A stretch of 64,000 nucleotides of DNA, from NCBI GenBank assembly GCA_010015805.1, contig ML978125.1:124001-188000 (forward strand), written 5' to 3'. A model generated the notes under the pieces. It saw only the letters and a list, made by a program, of their open reading frames with translations. It searched no databases and was not told the DNA's origin. The translations under genes and the position numbers were made by a program. This document shows positions 9,924 to 21,642 of this stretch, one piece after another (position 1 is the stretch's first letter; each line of letters opens with the position of its first letter). Source of the stretch: Rhizodiscina lignyota. Lineage: Eukaryota.

Positions 9924-12479
9924 TCACGGAAACTCAAAAATGCTAACTGTATGACAAAACCAATTCGCATTCGGGATGTTCGGCACGAGCGCCACCTTAT
10001 CCACCTCCACCATATCTGTGGCGGCAATCGTATTCAAATTGTAAATATAAATAGCCTCCGACTTCTCTAAACTGACCATGTGCTCCTGGCAGTTTGATGT
10101 GAGTAAACAGGCTGAATCGTAGTTGTTGAAGAAGGAGTACAACCCCGCGCCAAATATCAGGATGTACGCGCTGTTGTAGATGCGCAGCCCGAATGTCTTG
10201 TAGCATGTTTGTTGGAAGCACTCGCTGAAGGTTGGGTCGTAGTAGTCCGAGCGTGGAGCGTATGGGACGAGGGCGTTGGGGTTGGATTGCATATACCTTC
10301 GCGTAATTATCAGAAATGTGTATACATAGCTAGATCATGTGCGAGCCGACTTACGCCGTCTCCGTCTGAATCGACGACATGAACACATTCCTTGCGTTTG
10401 CAACCTGATAGTTATAAAGCATGCTGTGCTCCATCGCCGTACCCCACAGCCAAGTCGGTTTCTGAGACTCGATGAGAATGCCGCGGCCGTTGTAGATGTT
10501 GATCTGGTTGTGATCCGGCAGATCGAGCTCGTGATCGGAGACCCACCCCCAATTATTCTCCATATAGACCGACGCGTCACTGGTGATATGCATGAGCATA
10601 AATGCGCCAAAGCACTGCGCATTAGGGAATGTCTGGAGATTGGGCGTTTTTGTGCAGATGTTGGACTGCAAAAGGGTTCCGGCCGTGCCCCCAATCCGCC
10701 AGTGTACTTCCCACATGGCAGCATTTCCAGGTTGATCTCCCGCTAAATTCCACTCGATGATGATGGCACCTGGAGCAGGGCCACGAGTCTCGAACACCAT
10801 GTCTGTCATTTCGACATGGCCGACGTCACCTGGATTCCCGACTCTCCAAGCCGGCTTGGGATTATTGATATCAGAGAATGTTGGCGAAGAGCCATCAACC
10901 ATGATCATCGGGAACTCCTCTCCAGTCATCCGAATATTTGCTGGAACCTGGATAGTGTCTCTGATTAAGTATGCGCCGTGGTCGAAGAAAACTACCTGAT
11001 TGGTGGATACGGTGTTGAATAAGGTCTGAATAGCGGCGGTATCATCCGACACGCCATCACCTATTGCACCAGCATCCTTAACCGACATAAAAGACGTTAC
11101 AGGGAGCTCCTCGTACTGTGGTTTGGATCTCTCAAATATTGTGCCGCTGGGAGTGAGGAGACCAGACGGCTTCGGCGGCGGATCAACCATGCGCTGAATG
11201 CGTGCCGAAGCCGCTGTCGGCTCGTAGCAGGTTAAATTGCCAACTTGTTGGGCCGCGATGAAAGCACTATAGACTGTCCCTTGCGCCCAGGATTGAATCT
11301 TCTGGCCCCCGGCTAAGATGGTCGTGCCATTTGGAGATGCGACGGCTGTCGTAGCGCCCGTAAAGTCGACGTTATCAAATACGAAGGAACCGCCAGTCGT
11401 TGCCATGCTATTGTTGGAGAACGATGTTAAAACGGCGATTGGCGTGTTAATGAATGTACTATCCTGCAGCGTGCCTGATCCGACAGTTTGAACGCCTCCA
11501 GCGCCGGAGCTGTTGTCCATGTTCGAGAGGTCGATACCGATTTTGCAGCCGTTGAAGGTGTTCGATTTGAACGCCCACAGCCAATCCCAGTTCATGTATA
11601 CCCCAGTGTTGCATCCATTGAACGTCAGATTGCGGCTCGTGAACTGCTGGTTGCCAAGGTAGAATCCGACATTTCCTCCATTGAAGATAAGGTCGCACAT
11701 AAATCCTCCAGAGCCGTTATCCATGAAGATACCTCTTTGCTGATTGTCCGCGCTGACTGGCTGCATATTGATTACGATATTCTGTAACTGTGTGGCCTGC
11801 GCGACCTGCCAATGTAGGCCGGCATTGAGAGAGTTTGCAGGTAGTAGTGTAAGGTCGAGAATCAAATTCCGTACTTGGCGGTAGAAATTATTCTGATTCG
11901 CATACCAGCTAGCGCCACCTGGGTAGTAGACATCTGAATCTAAGAGGCCAATCCCGAAGAAGCCTGGTAGACCTTGAATGATGGGCATGTCCAAAGGATC
12001 ACCGATGACCGAAGTAAAGTAGTACATTATGATGGGTGTGCTAATCATGTATGTGCCGGAAGGAATATAGACCACTGCAGGTGTTGTTGTCGAAGAATCG
12101 CATCCTGATCCACAGCGGTTTCCGTCGGCGATTGCAGCATTGATGGCATTCGTATCATCGGTAACTCCGTCACCTGATTTTGATCAGCGATGACTATCTG
12201 GCTTCCAATTTTAGTTCCATGGTACCTTTAGCGCCATAGTCCTTTACATTTCGATAGACGACATATGTGCTGTTTGTACCAAATGGTACTTTGCCCTGCT
12301 TCTTCATCAAAGAATACCAATATGACGTCCCGGACTGTCGCCTATGTTCTCTCGCATGGACCTAGTCATGGTTCAGTAACTAGCCAGACAAAACATTGAG
12401 GAGTGTTTACCGAGAGGCAAAATACTGCCAACAGAAATAACAACCTCCATAACGTCGGCTGTGTAGTCAATGTGATCAT
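9924..12479 (-). CDS. Secreted GH55 exo-beta-1,3-glucanase
   Basis: Signal peptide MITLTTQPTLWRLLFLLAVFCLS; RNVKDYGAKGDGVTDDT assembled across introns; NQNNFYRQVRN, HWQVAQATQLQN, second GAIGDGVSDDT repeat, WVSDHELD, IQTETA. Introns at about 12362-12410, 12175-12225 and 10295-10355. Confidence 0.92.
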
Positions 12480-13025
12480 TGCAAAGGAGACTCGGACACG
12501 AATACTGAAATCAAAATGAGCGGCTCGGTTCGGTAGAGAAGATTCAAGGTAATCGCAAACTCAACAGTAGTAAGGAGCGAATTCAGACATGAGTGGCTCG
12601 AGTGAGTATTGTTTGTATTGCCGTAACGACTGGACGCTCAAAGATTCAGAGAGACAGAAAGTCTGATGTCGCGAAATTCGCGACTATCGAGCATGTTGTT
12701 CGGCTCCTGTGCACCTCCTCCAGTGCGGACTTCGGAATGCCTTCGAACAAAGAAAAAGTGTCGGCAGCCGATTGAGTACGGGAGCCGCAACGCAAGGACG
12801 AAGTATATCTACATTCCCTTAAATAAATAAAAAACCTCTGTACGGATACAGATCTCACATTTACCAAGGGAGTACCGCGTGCCGGCCGATCGTGGAGGGG
12901 AGGATACCATATCTTGTCCAACTTCAGGGGCTCGTCCTGCGGAAAAGTTCCTGCCAGGGCTCCTGAGGATCCAAGTAGTAAGACATGATACTTAAATCCG
13001 CGCGTAAATAGTTCTTTCAATTACA

Positions 13026-13241
13026 TCAAGCTATCGAACCACCTACGCCCATGATCCGCTCCTGCTGGGTCCGGGAGGGTCTCGAGTTGCTTTGCTCTGT
13101 TTTGCCGCCATTTACTCCGGGCCTCTTGCTCTCGGCGGACTGCGCATGTTGCTGTGCTTGAAGGTGTTCTTGGCGTCTCTTCTCATAGTCTTCGAGGTCT
13201 TTCGCGTCGAGAGTGATGACGGTTGGTGGACGGCGAAGCAT
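13026..13241 (-). CDS. CDC26: Anaphase-promoting complex subunit Cdc26
   Basis: 71-aa ORF with the N-terminal signature MLRRPPTVITLDAKDLEDYE. Confidence 0.85.
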   Translation of the reverse strand: MLRRPPTVITLDAKDLEDYEKRRQEHLQAQQHAQSAESKRPGVNGGKTEQSNSRPSRTQQERIMGVGGSIA

Positions 13242-13550
13242 TGTGAGAGAATTTGTCCTAGAGGAAATGAGACTGTATTTGTGATATTAAAAAACAGAAT
13301 GACCAAGCCTACTTGCGAGATGTTATTGAGTAAGAGTTCAGGCAGAAAGAGGATGCGTTGTAAGTGTATGTGGTGAGAAATTGGGAAGTGTTTCTTACTC
13401 GGAGACGCGTCTGTGTTGTTGCTCGCTGCGCGGCTGCGCGGCTGCATGACTCGCGATTCGTGCAAGCTCCGAGGATTTTCCAGAGAGGTCAACTTGCATC
13501 TCAGCTTCGACTTCGACTTCAACTTCAGCGCCCCTTAATCCCCCACTACC
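13242..13550. promoter_or_regulatory. Probable bidirectional promoter for CDC26 and the hypothetical mitochondrial protein
   Basis: 309 bp between divergent ATGs; contains a short CTTC(G/A)A hexamer run near 13504-13527. Confidence 0.5.
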
Positions 13551-14767
13551 ATGCTCAAACTAAACTTCCGGTCCTCAATTGGGCCTGGGAGACCCATCTC
13601 CTCCGAATTCCTCCAAATCACCCTCACGCCAACCTCCGCATCCCCCAGTAAATTCCGCCCTTTCAGCTCCTCTCACCGTTTCGCCGATGGAGAGATTTCA
13701 GGCTCAAACCCATCTTCACAGCAATATACTTGTAAACTGTCTCTAGTCTCCAATTGCGGATCATTTCTAACATACCCACAGCCCGTCGCGCCAAAATTGC
13801 AAGCTCGCAATCCGCAAACCAAGCAATCCAGTCATTATCACGCTCTCCACCTCGCGAACCTTCGAACAGTGGCACTGTCCGCGCGGGAACTCCTAATCGC
13901 CCGCAGAGGCGGAAGCCTGGGGTTGGAGGACTGAGGTTTGGGCCGGCGATCGATGCGCCTGTGGGAGATGGACAGCGTGGCGCTCCTGCTCAGCGTGCTG
14001 CGCCTAGTCCACCAATTCGTCGAGAGGCCAGTGGTCCACGGGAGCCCACCGCTCCGGTTGTGCGAAAAGTGCAGTTTGGTCAGAGAACAAATACTCCGTC
14101 GCGATTTGATCCACCACGCAGTGAAGGTGTGCCGGAAGTGAGGCGTAGGCTGGCTCTAGCTCCGGCTCCGGCACAAGAGGAAGTGAGCGAGGGCCCGAAG
14201 AGTGGGCTGGACATATTTGGCCGCACAGCAGAAGAAGAAGACTTAGACCGTGTCGAGGACATCGTGGTGCAAGAAATCGACTTGGAACAAGAACGCGAGA
14301 CCGAAACGGAGCACCGTACTGGTGCACTTGCAGCGTCTCATGGTGTGACAGATAACGAGTGTGCACAGAAACGCGCAGCAGTACTGGATGAATTCCGCCT
14401 GAAGGAGGAAAATGTGCGTAATACGAAACCTGTATTTCCCGACCAGCGACCGGGGAAATATTTGAAGAACAAGTACAGGAAGGAACGAGAGGAGTGGATT
14501 GCTCAGTTGCCACGGGAAGACAAGTTCTTCCCGCACACTGCAGAGACGGTACGGCAGCTGAATGGCCTGTTTGATGGGGGGAGGTATACGATCAGTAAGA
14601 CAGACAATAAGACGACGAATGGAATGGTGATGGCTGCTGTGGAGAGGTATACGAGTTTCAATCAGACGTATGCGGAGCATCAGCGAGGTGGAATATTGAA
14701 GCATGTTAGCAGAGCGCTGCATGAGCAGGATGTTGCGCAGTCGGCGCAGGCGGCACAGAGACGGTGA
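13551..14767 (+). CDS. Hypothetical protein, probably mitochondrial
   Basis: Exon 1 (13551-13731) encodes an R/S-rich presequence-like N-terminus (..KFRPFSSSHRF). Intron 13732-13781 (GTAAAC..CTAAC..CAG) joins it in frame to the 13754-14767 ORF. Confidence 0.7.
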
Positions 14768-14923
14768 GAGCGTAAGATAAGAGCCATAGAAACTGTGGTT
14801 GACTTCTCTGTTTCTATATGTAGTATGTAGATACCTGAGTGCAATCCGAAGGAGGTGCTTGCATAAAATCAAGCATTTAGCGCTCGCTTGCAGAGTAACC
14901 ATGTACAGCACAGATTTCAAAGT

Positions 14924-15931
14924 TTAACTCCCTTGAGAGTGCATATTCTGCCATCTTACCGCATCTATCAGGCCTCTCAGCCACGGTTCGGCAAGTGGTA
15001 TATCTATTATCAGCGCATAGTCTTTCCATTCGTCGCTGTCGGGAATGGCTTCAAGAATTCTCCTCAACTTTGGCACAGGACACTGGATAGCTGGATGCCG
15101 CGGCATGTCCACCGTCAGTAATGTCTGAGACGTCAGTCTCGCTCTGGCGTCCCTTTCACTCCGGTTGCCAAATGAGTCGACAGTATACACCACAATCTCA
15201 ACAAGGAGTCTGCGCATGTCCTCCTCACTCGTCACAACAGCTCGAAAGGCGTTCCAGAGGGTCTCATAATCATCCGCATCATCATAAATCCGTCTTTCAC
15301 AGCCCCCCTGTGCAGAAACAGCAAGAATTCTCGCGAGCGCTTCTCGCCAGTCATCCGTCGGCGAATCTCTTGGCTCGTCCAAAAACGTCAACTTCGCCAT
15401 ACAACATCCCCCAAAAACGTCCTTCTCCAACCACCGCAGCTCGTTAAAGAAAGTCGTATTCGGCTCAACATCTCTCTTCGCCTTCTTCAGTAGCGTCCAC
15501 GCCTGCTCGAGCCTCATGCCTTCATTCAACATCAAAGTCGCCAATACGGCCGTCGCGCTGCGCGAGACACCAAAGGAGCAGTGAAACAAGATTCGTCCAT
15601 TACTGGCCTTTGCGGCACGCACAAAGCCGGCGATTTGGCGGAATCGCGGGCTAAGACGCTCTGAGGAGTCGTCTTTGGCGGGAACGCGGAGGTACATGAA
15701 GTACGAGGGGTGATAGTTGGGATGCTCCAGGGTTAAGTTGATGATGTGGGTTATACCGTATATGTGCAGGAGCGTGAGGTTTGAGGCGAAGACATAGCCA
15801 CTGATGTACATCTCGTTGGAGATTCTGGACATGTCGAGATTGGTGGCCGGAAGGGCTTGAGTGTTGTCTGCCTTCGACATCACTGGTCTTCGTGCACCGT
15901 CCGGCTGGTTGAAATGCTCGGAAGCCTCCAT
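14924..15931 (-). CDS. Dual-specificity protein phosphatase with helical C-terminal extension
   Basis: Active-site loop FHCSFGVSRSAT (HCx5R), GITHIINLT and VEPNTTFFNEL. Confidence 0.88.
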   Translation of the reverse strand: MEASEHFNQPDGARRPVMSKADNTQALPATNLDMSRISNEMYISGYVFASNLTLLHIYGITHIINLTLEHPNYHPSYFMYLRVPAKDDSSERLSPRFRQIAGFVRAAKASNGRILFHCSFGVSRSATAVLATLMLNEGMRLEQAWTLLKKAKRDVEPNTTFFNELRWLEKDVFGGCCMAKLTFLDEPRDSPTDDWREALARILAVSAQGGCERRIYDDADDYETLWNAFRAVVTSEEDMRRLLVEIVVYTVDSFGNRSERDARARLTSQTLLTVDMPRHPAIQCPVPKLRRILEAIPDSDEWKDYALIIDIPLAEPWLRGLIDAVRWQNMHSQGS

Positions 15932-16596
15932 AGTTCCTAGCTTTTGATGCTATCGATAGAAAGGCTACTCTCAATTTGTCCGATTGGTACACTTCATGTA
16001 TTCATGTTATGCCTTCGCTTTCCGTGGCAAAGCCGCGGTTTGAGTTGGCTTGGCATGAGTCTTTCGTACGAAGCGGGTGTATGATAGAGCCGACGGAGAG
16101 ATGGAGAGAATTTGAAACAAGCAGACGAAGAATAGCGGAAGAGTGAAGAAGGTGGCTGAGAAGTGAATGGTCAAGATGGAATGGTGTGGCAGTTGACTCT
16201 CTCATGACCCCTATCACCAGAACCAGGCAGCCTAGCGTTGATGCAAGCGCGGAATCACATGCGGAGGGCAGGAGAGCGGGCTAGGGAGACTGGGAAACTT
16301 GGAAGAGCATCATGGCCGCATTTCAGGCTGGCGAAGGGTGTCCTTAACGTGCTCACAGCCTTCAATCTCGCTACCGAACAATTTTGAGGTGAGCAGAAGC
16401 TTTCACGGCCGTGTTTTGAAGTTGGGATTGACTGATGCAAGCTTTGGCGCTAGAGCGTCACCACAGCCAGGATTATGGGTTGAGCACGTTGCACACTTCC
16501 ACATTTCCACCCTACCTCACACAAACATCACCTCTGCAACTGCTTCCAACTCCTCCTCCTCCTTTCTCTGCAATCTTCGCATCTCTCTTTCCACAC

Positions 16597-16620
16597 AGCA
16601 AGCAGCAAGCAGCAAGCAGC
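16597..16620 (+). repeat. 7-bp tandem repeat (AGCAAGC)x3.4 abutting the reticulon ATG
   Basis: Sequence reads agcaagc agcaagc agcaagc agc ATG. Confidence 0.7.
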
Positions 16621-18201
16621 ATGTCAGAAGGTGAGCAGCCCCAGCAACGGGCAGACCCGCCTCCGCATGCAATTCGTACGAGCTCACCACCAAGCAGCAG
16701 CGCCCAACGGCAACACGCTGGAAAGCGCAAAGGACACCGTGTTTAACTGTGAGGTACGTCAATCCATCAGCTGCATAAAGCAACACGGTGGCCCCCTATC
16801 TCTTTGCTGCCTATTCTCGTTTGAGCGAGAAAGCTAACGACTCCTCTTATCTCCAGTTTTTCCCTGCTTGTCCCGCAACATCGGAAGAAGCTCCTTTACA
16901 GCACGAAAGCGACCTCATCTTTGCCCCTGTATCCTGTTTTCGTTGATTACGACACCGACTCTAACATTGTCCTGTCAGCTGCACAATCTGCCATGGACAC
17001 TGTGCAGAATCATCCAATGACGCAAAATGTCACAAACGGTAAGGTGCGTGATCGAAAATCAACCCTCCGAACTACATTTCGGCAAGAAGCTGACTGCGAG
17101 TAGCATACGCGATTGACAATATGGCATCCACTGTACTCATATTAAATAGGCCCTGTCGGCGAGAAGGTCAAGGAGGAGAAGGACAAAACCGCGTCAGAAT
17201 TCCGTGACCTCGCCGACTCGCGCACCACGCCGGAACAGCCTGCAGCTACCGGCCAACCATTGACGCGTATGAGCACATAGTAACAGCTTGAAAACTGTAT
17301 ACTGACCAGAGCCCAGACTATCACTCCATGTTCTACCGTCTTCTGAGCGTATGTTCTTCCGCTAATACTATGCAAACGAACTGCTGACAATCTCGATAGT
17401 GGAAGAATCCCCGCGCAACTGGCATCTCTTTCGTCTCAGCTGTGGTCTTCATCTTCATGTGCCGCTACCTCAACATCCTCCGCTACATCTTCCGGGGTCT
17501 GTACACCGTTCTGGGCATCACTGCTGCCGCCGAGGTTGTTGGCAAGAGTGTCTTCGGCAACGGCTTCACCAGCCAGATACGTCCAAAGAGATACATGACA
17601 ATCCCAAAGGAGAGCTTGGAACGCTTCACGGACGACGTCGAGCAGCTGATCAACTTCTTCGTCATCGAGTTCCAGCGCATCGTCTTTGCCGAGAACATTT
17701 ACGTCACCGTTGGTGTAAGCACTCCTCCCTTCCATACCACTTCTTTGAACGCGATAGCTAACATCTATCTTACGACAGGCCTTCTTCTCCGCCTTCATCT
17801 CCTACTACCTAATCAAATGGCTCCCCGTCTGGGGCCTCTCCCTCCTCGCAACCTGCCTCCTCTATCTTTGCCCGCTCATCTACATCCAGAACAAGGAGCT
17901 CATCGACGCCCAGCTCAACCAGGCCAACGACCTCATGTCCAAGCAGGCCGCCCAGGTGCGCGAGATGACCGGCCAGTACACCAGCAAGGCGGGTGAGCAG
18001 ATGCGAACCTACGCCACCCAGGCGCAGAAGCAGGCTCAAGGTCTGATGGGCCAGGCCAAGCAGAAGGCTGGATACGCGGCTCCCGCGCAGGACAGGATTC
18101 CGCCACATGAGAGCGATTTCCCGAAGGCACCAGCTAATGACATTGAGCCACCAAAGGAGGAGGCTGCTGAGAAGGAGGGTGCTGAACCTGTTGCTGCGTG
18201 A
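16621..18201 (+). CDS. Reticulon-like ER membrane-shaping protein, multi-exon
   Basis: Spliced product contains GPVGEKVKEE..TASEFRDLADSR..GQPLTHYHSMFYRLLSWKNPRATGISF, RPKRYMTIPKESLE..DVEQLINFFVIEFQRIVFAEN and PLIYIQNKELID, typical of Pezizomycotina reticulons. The 5' exon structure is ambiguous. Confidence 0.85.
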
Positions 18202-18271
18202 GTGCGCAGCATGGTGTCACTGCCGTGTTCACGTGGATGAGAAAAGGCTTTTGTTGACGACGGTGACATAG

Positions 18272-18665
18272 GGAGGTGGCGGACGTGAAAATGGATCTCG
18301 ACGAGGCAGTTGAGGAGATCAAGGAGGAATCGAATGAACAGATTCAACGAGTGCGGACGGAAATTGAACAGACTATGGATGATGTCCAGGAAAAGGGAAA
18401 AGAAAAAGATGATAATGAAGGTGTTGGTATCGAGAATTCGGGCGTAAATGATGAGGAAGGCGATAAGGCGGAGGAGCAGAATGAAGACAACACACCTGTG
18501 GAGCCTCGGGAGCCAGAGGAGCGAGCTGAGGCTATGGACGTTGAAGCGGATCCAGAGCCAGAGGCGTCACCGCAGGCAGAGGATGCAAGCACAGAAGCGG
18601 CTGAGTCTAATGACGAGGACGTGGACATGCGCATTGGGAGGCGGAGTACTGCTGCGACGATTTGA
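18272..18665 (+). CDS. Predicted alternative terminal exon of the reticulon gene (acidic ~130-aa tail)
   Basis: GTGAGT donor at 18198 overlaps the reticulon stop codon, and a CATAG acceptor ends at 18271. The phase-2 join GC|G is in frame with the D/E-rich ORF ending at 18665. Confidence 0.6.
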
Positions 18666-19391
18666 GACCTTCCTCTACCTTTTTTTTTCTTTCCCATGCA
18701 GCACATGTACCTATGACACCTTTTTCCTTCTCTCTGGTATCACGGCTTCTCCCCCTTGTTCAGCCCAGCAAGCGAAGGTTGTATTTTAAGCTCTTTTCTT
18801 TGGTGCATACGTCTGGCTCCACGATCGAATGAACGCCGTCCTTACAATTATAATTGAATCAATATGGTACGAATTCGCTTCGAATGTTCGTGAGATCTGT
18901 ATGGCGAATCTGTATGGCGATGACGTATTGGGCGGACCAATTATCAACATCAAGACGCAGAGGGCAAAAATAATCCAATGCGCTTCCATCTCACTCGTTC
19001 TTCGGTGATTATACTATCTCAATATACATGCTAGAAGTCTGGTACGGAGAAATATCTTTCTTCATTTGGACGAGGATGATGTGGTGTCCATCAAAACCCT
19101 AACCCTACATACTCGTACTATACCCCTGTCCATGTTACTAAGCTCGCGTTGCACTTTACGCGTCGACGCGTCTCCCAGCCTCCTCCAATACTTAGTTCGT
19201 TGTATTTTCTCTCGCTGCATAGACTACCTTCTCTACGATTATATCGTGGCATCGAATAGCTATACGCATACGCTATTCTCGTCTTACTTCACATACATTT
19301 GAGGACTTCATACCTTACTGAAATTGTCCATCCATCCACACCCTGAACTCCACTTCGAGGCGCCGTTTCCGCTCCTGCACCCAAACGCACA

Positions 19392-20906
19392 ATGGCGCGC
19401 AGACAGAGCTCCATCCAGACGTTCGGACGCATATCGAAGGTGAATGCCGAGTCTCCTGCAACGAAGAAACGAAAAGCGAGCTCCGAATCGCCGAGTGAAG
19501 TTGTGGACGTTGTCGCGCCGCAAGAGCGTAAGAAGCGCTGTGTCGACGAACGCAGCCCCCAGACGCCAATTGAGACCCCGACAAAGGCGATCAGCCGCAA
19601 GCTTGCCGGACTTGAGCTTGAGCGGCGCGAATCGACAGCAGCCGCGAAGAGAAAATCGAGGAGTCTTGCGAAGATTGTGAGGTTTGGAGATACGCCGCCG
19701 ACGAGTCCGTCTCCGCAGGATCTGGAGCAGCAACTTGGCGACTTGAAAAAAGAAGAACAAAGGCAGACCCTTCCGCAGGAGCTGCAAGACCTCATAGCTC
19801 TGAATTCGTCTTTGCTCACTGCGCTGGCGCTTCACTACGCACATCATGGCACAGCTTCACCTCTCAACGTTCGACAGTTGATACCGTCTATGACGAAGAT
19901 ATGGGGCAAGCGAAAGGTCGATTCTGTTGATATCAAACGGTGTCTGGGCCTCTTACAATCAACTCCTCAGCGAAAGGAAGCTACAACCCCGTTCCAATTG
20001 TTCGACTACGGTCACAACAAGATCTGTATCGAGCTGCAGGGTAGTGGGAACAAATCCATTCTTGGATCACGATTCGATCACGACCAACAGACTCGGCTAT
20101 TTGATCAGCGCCTGGAAGACGCTTGGAAGAAGCATTGTTTGTCGGCGCAAGGCGAAGATGACGCCGCTACATTCATCGAGGGACTCCCTCTTGCGGTTGT
20201 AAGCATTTCACCCACGGCGGCCAAAACAGTGCAGGTGATATCACTCGCACGGGGACAGAAGCGTCTGGAAGAAGTTCTTGGTAGTCGCGACGATGGTGAT
20301 GATAACTCTTCGAATCACAAGCCGAGCAAGAGGCGAAGAATGCAAAAGACAGATTCGACTGAGGCAAAATCTACGGAGACATCTTCAACGGTTCCAGCCA
20401 AGGTCGACACAGCCAATGGTCCCAAGCCGGTGCCACAGAGCAAGCCATCCCCTTCACCAACACTGTCCACGCAGTCTGAGTCTATGCCAACAGCATCCTC
20501 ACGCTCAACATCGCTCCTCGCGCGAATCCTCGAAAAGCAATCTCTCAATTCCAGCCTCCCCACTGCTTCAACGAAAGCCGAAATCGCCCGCCTCGCCGCC
20601 CTCCAGCGCGTTTCCGACGTCTCCTCAATCCTCGACCTTCTCGTTGCCGCCAAAGGTTCCGGTCCACGCGCATCGTTCTCCTTAACGACATTAGTGCAGA
20701 GTGTGCAGGGCAGCGTGCGGAGTCCGCTGGGGAAGACTGAAGTCGAGGGCGTGCTGAGGGTGATGGAGCAGGAGGGCGCTGCCGGGGAGGGGTATGTTAA
20801 GATATTGAAGATGGGAAGTGTGCAGGGCGTTGTTGTTGATGTTGGGAGGAAGGTTGGACGGGACGAGATGAGAAGGAGGGTTGCGGCTGCTGGAGGGAAG
20901 AGATAG
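19392..20906 (+). CDS. CDT1: DNA replication licensing factor Cdt1-like protein
   Basis: N-terminal QSSIQTFGRISK..KKRK (PIP-degron-like), LPQELQDLIALNSSLLTALALHYAHHG, and C-terminal SFSLTTLVQSVQGSVRSPL winged-helix-like segment. Confidence 0.7.
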   Translation: MARRQSSIQTFGRISKVNAESPATKKRKASSESPSEVVDVVAPQERKKRCVDERSPQTPIETPTKAISRKLAGLELERRESTAAAKRKSRSLAKIVRFGDTPPTSPSPQDLEQQLGDLKKEEQRQTLPQELQDLIALNSSLLTALALHYAHHGTASPLNVRQLIPSMTKIWGKRKVDSVDIKRCLGLLQSTPQRKEATTPFQLFDYGHNKICIELQGSGNKSILGSRFDHDQQTRLFDQRLEDAWKKHCLSAQGEDDAATFIEGLPLAVVSISPTAAKTVQVISLARGQKRLEEVLGSRDDGDDNSSNHKPSKRRRMQKTDSTEAKSTETSSTVPAKVDTANGPKPVPQSKPSPSPTLSTQSESMPTASSRSTSLLARILEKQSLNSSLPTASTKAEIARLAALQRVSDVSSILDLLVAAKGSGPRASFSLTTLVQSVQGSVRSPLGKTEVEGVLRVMEQEGAAGEGYVKILKMGSVQGVVVDVGRKVGRDEMRRRVAAAGGKR

Positions 20907-21642
20907 AGCCAGAAGAACTCGTGCATAGAGAGACTGGATTGCTTTTGCTGAACGACTAATGAACGCTGCTCACGTGGACGGATGATGTAGTGATGGAGGT
21001 TGCATAGCGAAGCGGAATAGACTGTCAAAAGACAAAGTTTTGTAGACAAGATGCATATGTACAGGGCTGGAGTAAAGGAGTTCATTTGACTATGAAGAAA
21101 TAGAGAATGCAACTCGACCTTAAACAGCGCTGTCAAAAATGGCCTTTCCTTTCCGCATCAGTTATGCAAGTCAGTTCTAGCAGACTTGTTTAGTCCGATG
21201 AACTTAAAGAGAGTAATACGTATGACGCCTCCGACGCTGTGTGAAGAGCCTCATATTCCCCAAGTCAATTTGTCTCTTTAAGTTTAGCATCGCTGTGCGA
21301 GCGAGCAAATGTTCAATTACACTCGGAGTCTCCTTGCGAGTATTCGACTTGCTTGAGAAACTCGATGGATTCGAATATAGTAGTGAGCTTGACCACTTGT
21401 GCTCTGTGTGGAAATCTCCCAATCTCAAGTCATTCAATCTCTTCGACCAAGCGCTGTTAACGAACAAGCATACACTCGATTGCTATGGAGAGTATCTGTG
21501 TTCGTTTGCCGCAAGCAAGCAAATTTGTATGACGAACCTTCGTCTTCATATCCGTGTCCCAGCGCCGTCGCCATGCAATAGCCATGAGAATATAAATGCA
21601 CGAGCCGCAAAATCAAGTTACTATCTACCACAAGAGCCTCCT

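Noticed and set aside
12646..13020. 124-aa minus-strand ORF between CDC26 and GH55
   Set aside because: TTG start, no motif, and it occupies the expected 3' UTR/promoter space.
18276..18665. Stand-alone acidic gene, or canonical Atg8-interacting motif in it
   Set aside because: It starts only ~75 bp after the reticulon stop, leaving no promoter room, so it is better explained as an exon. It has no W/F/Y, so no canonical AIM.
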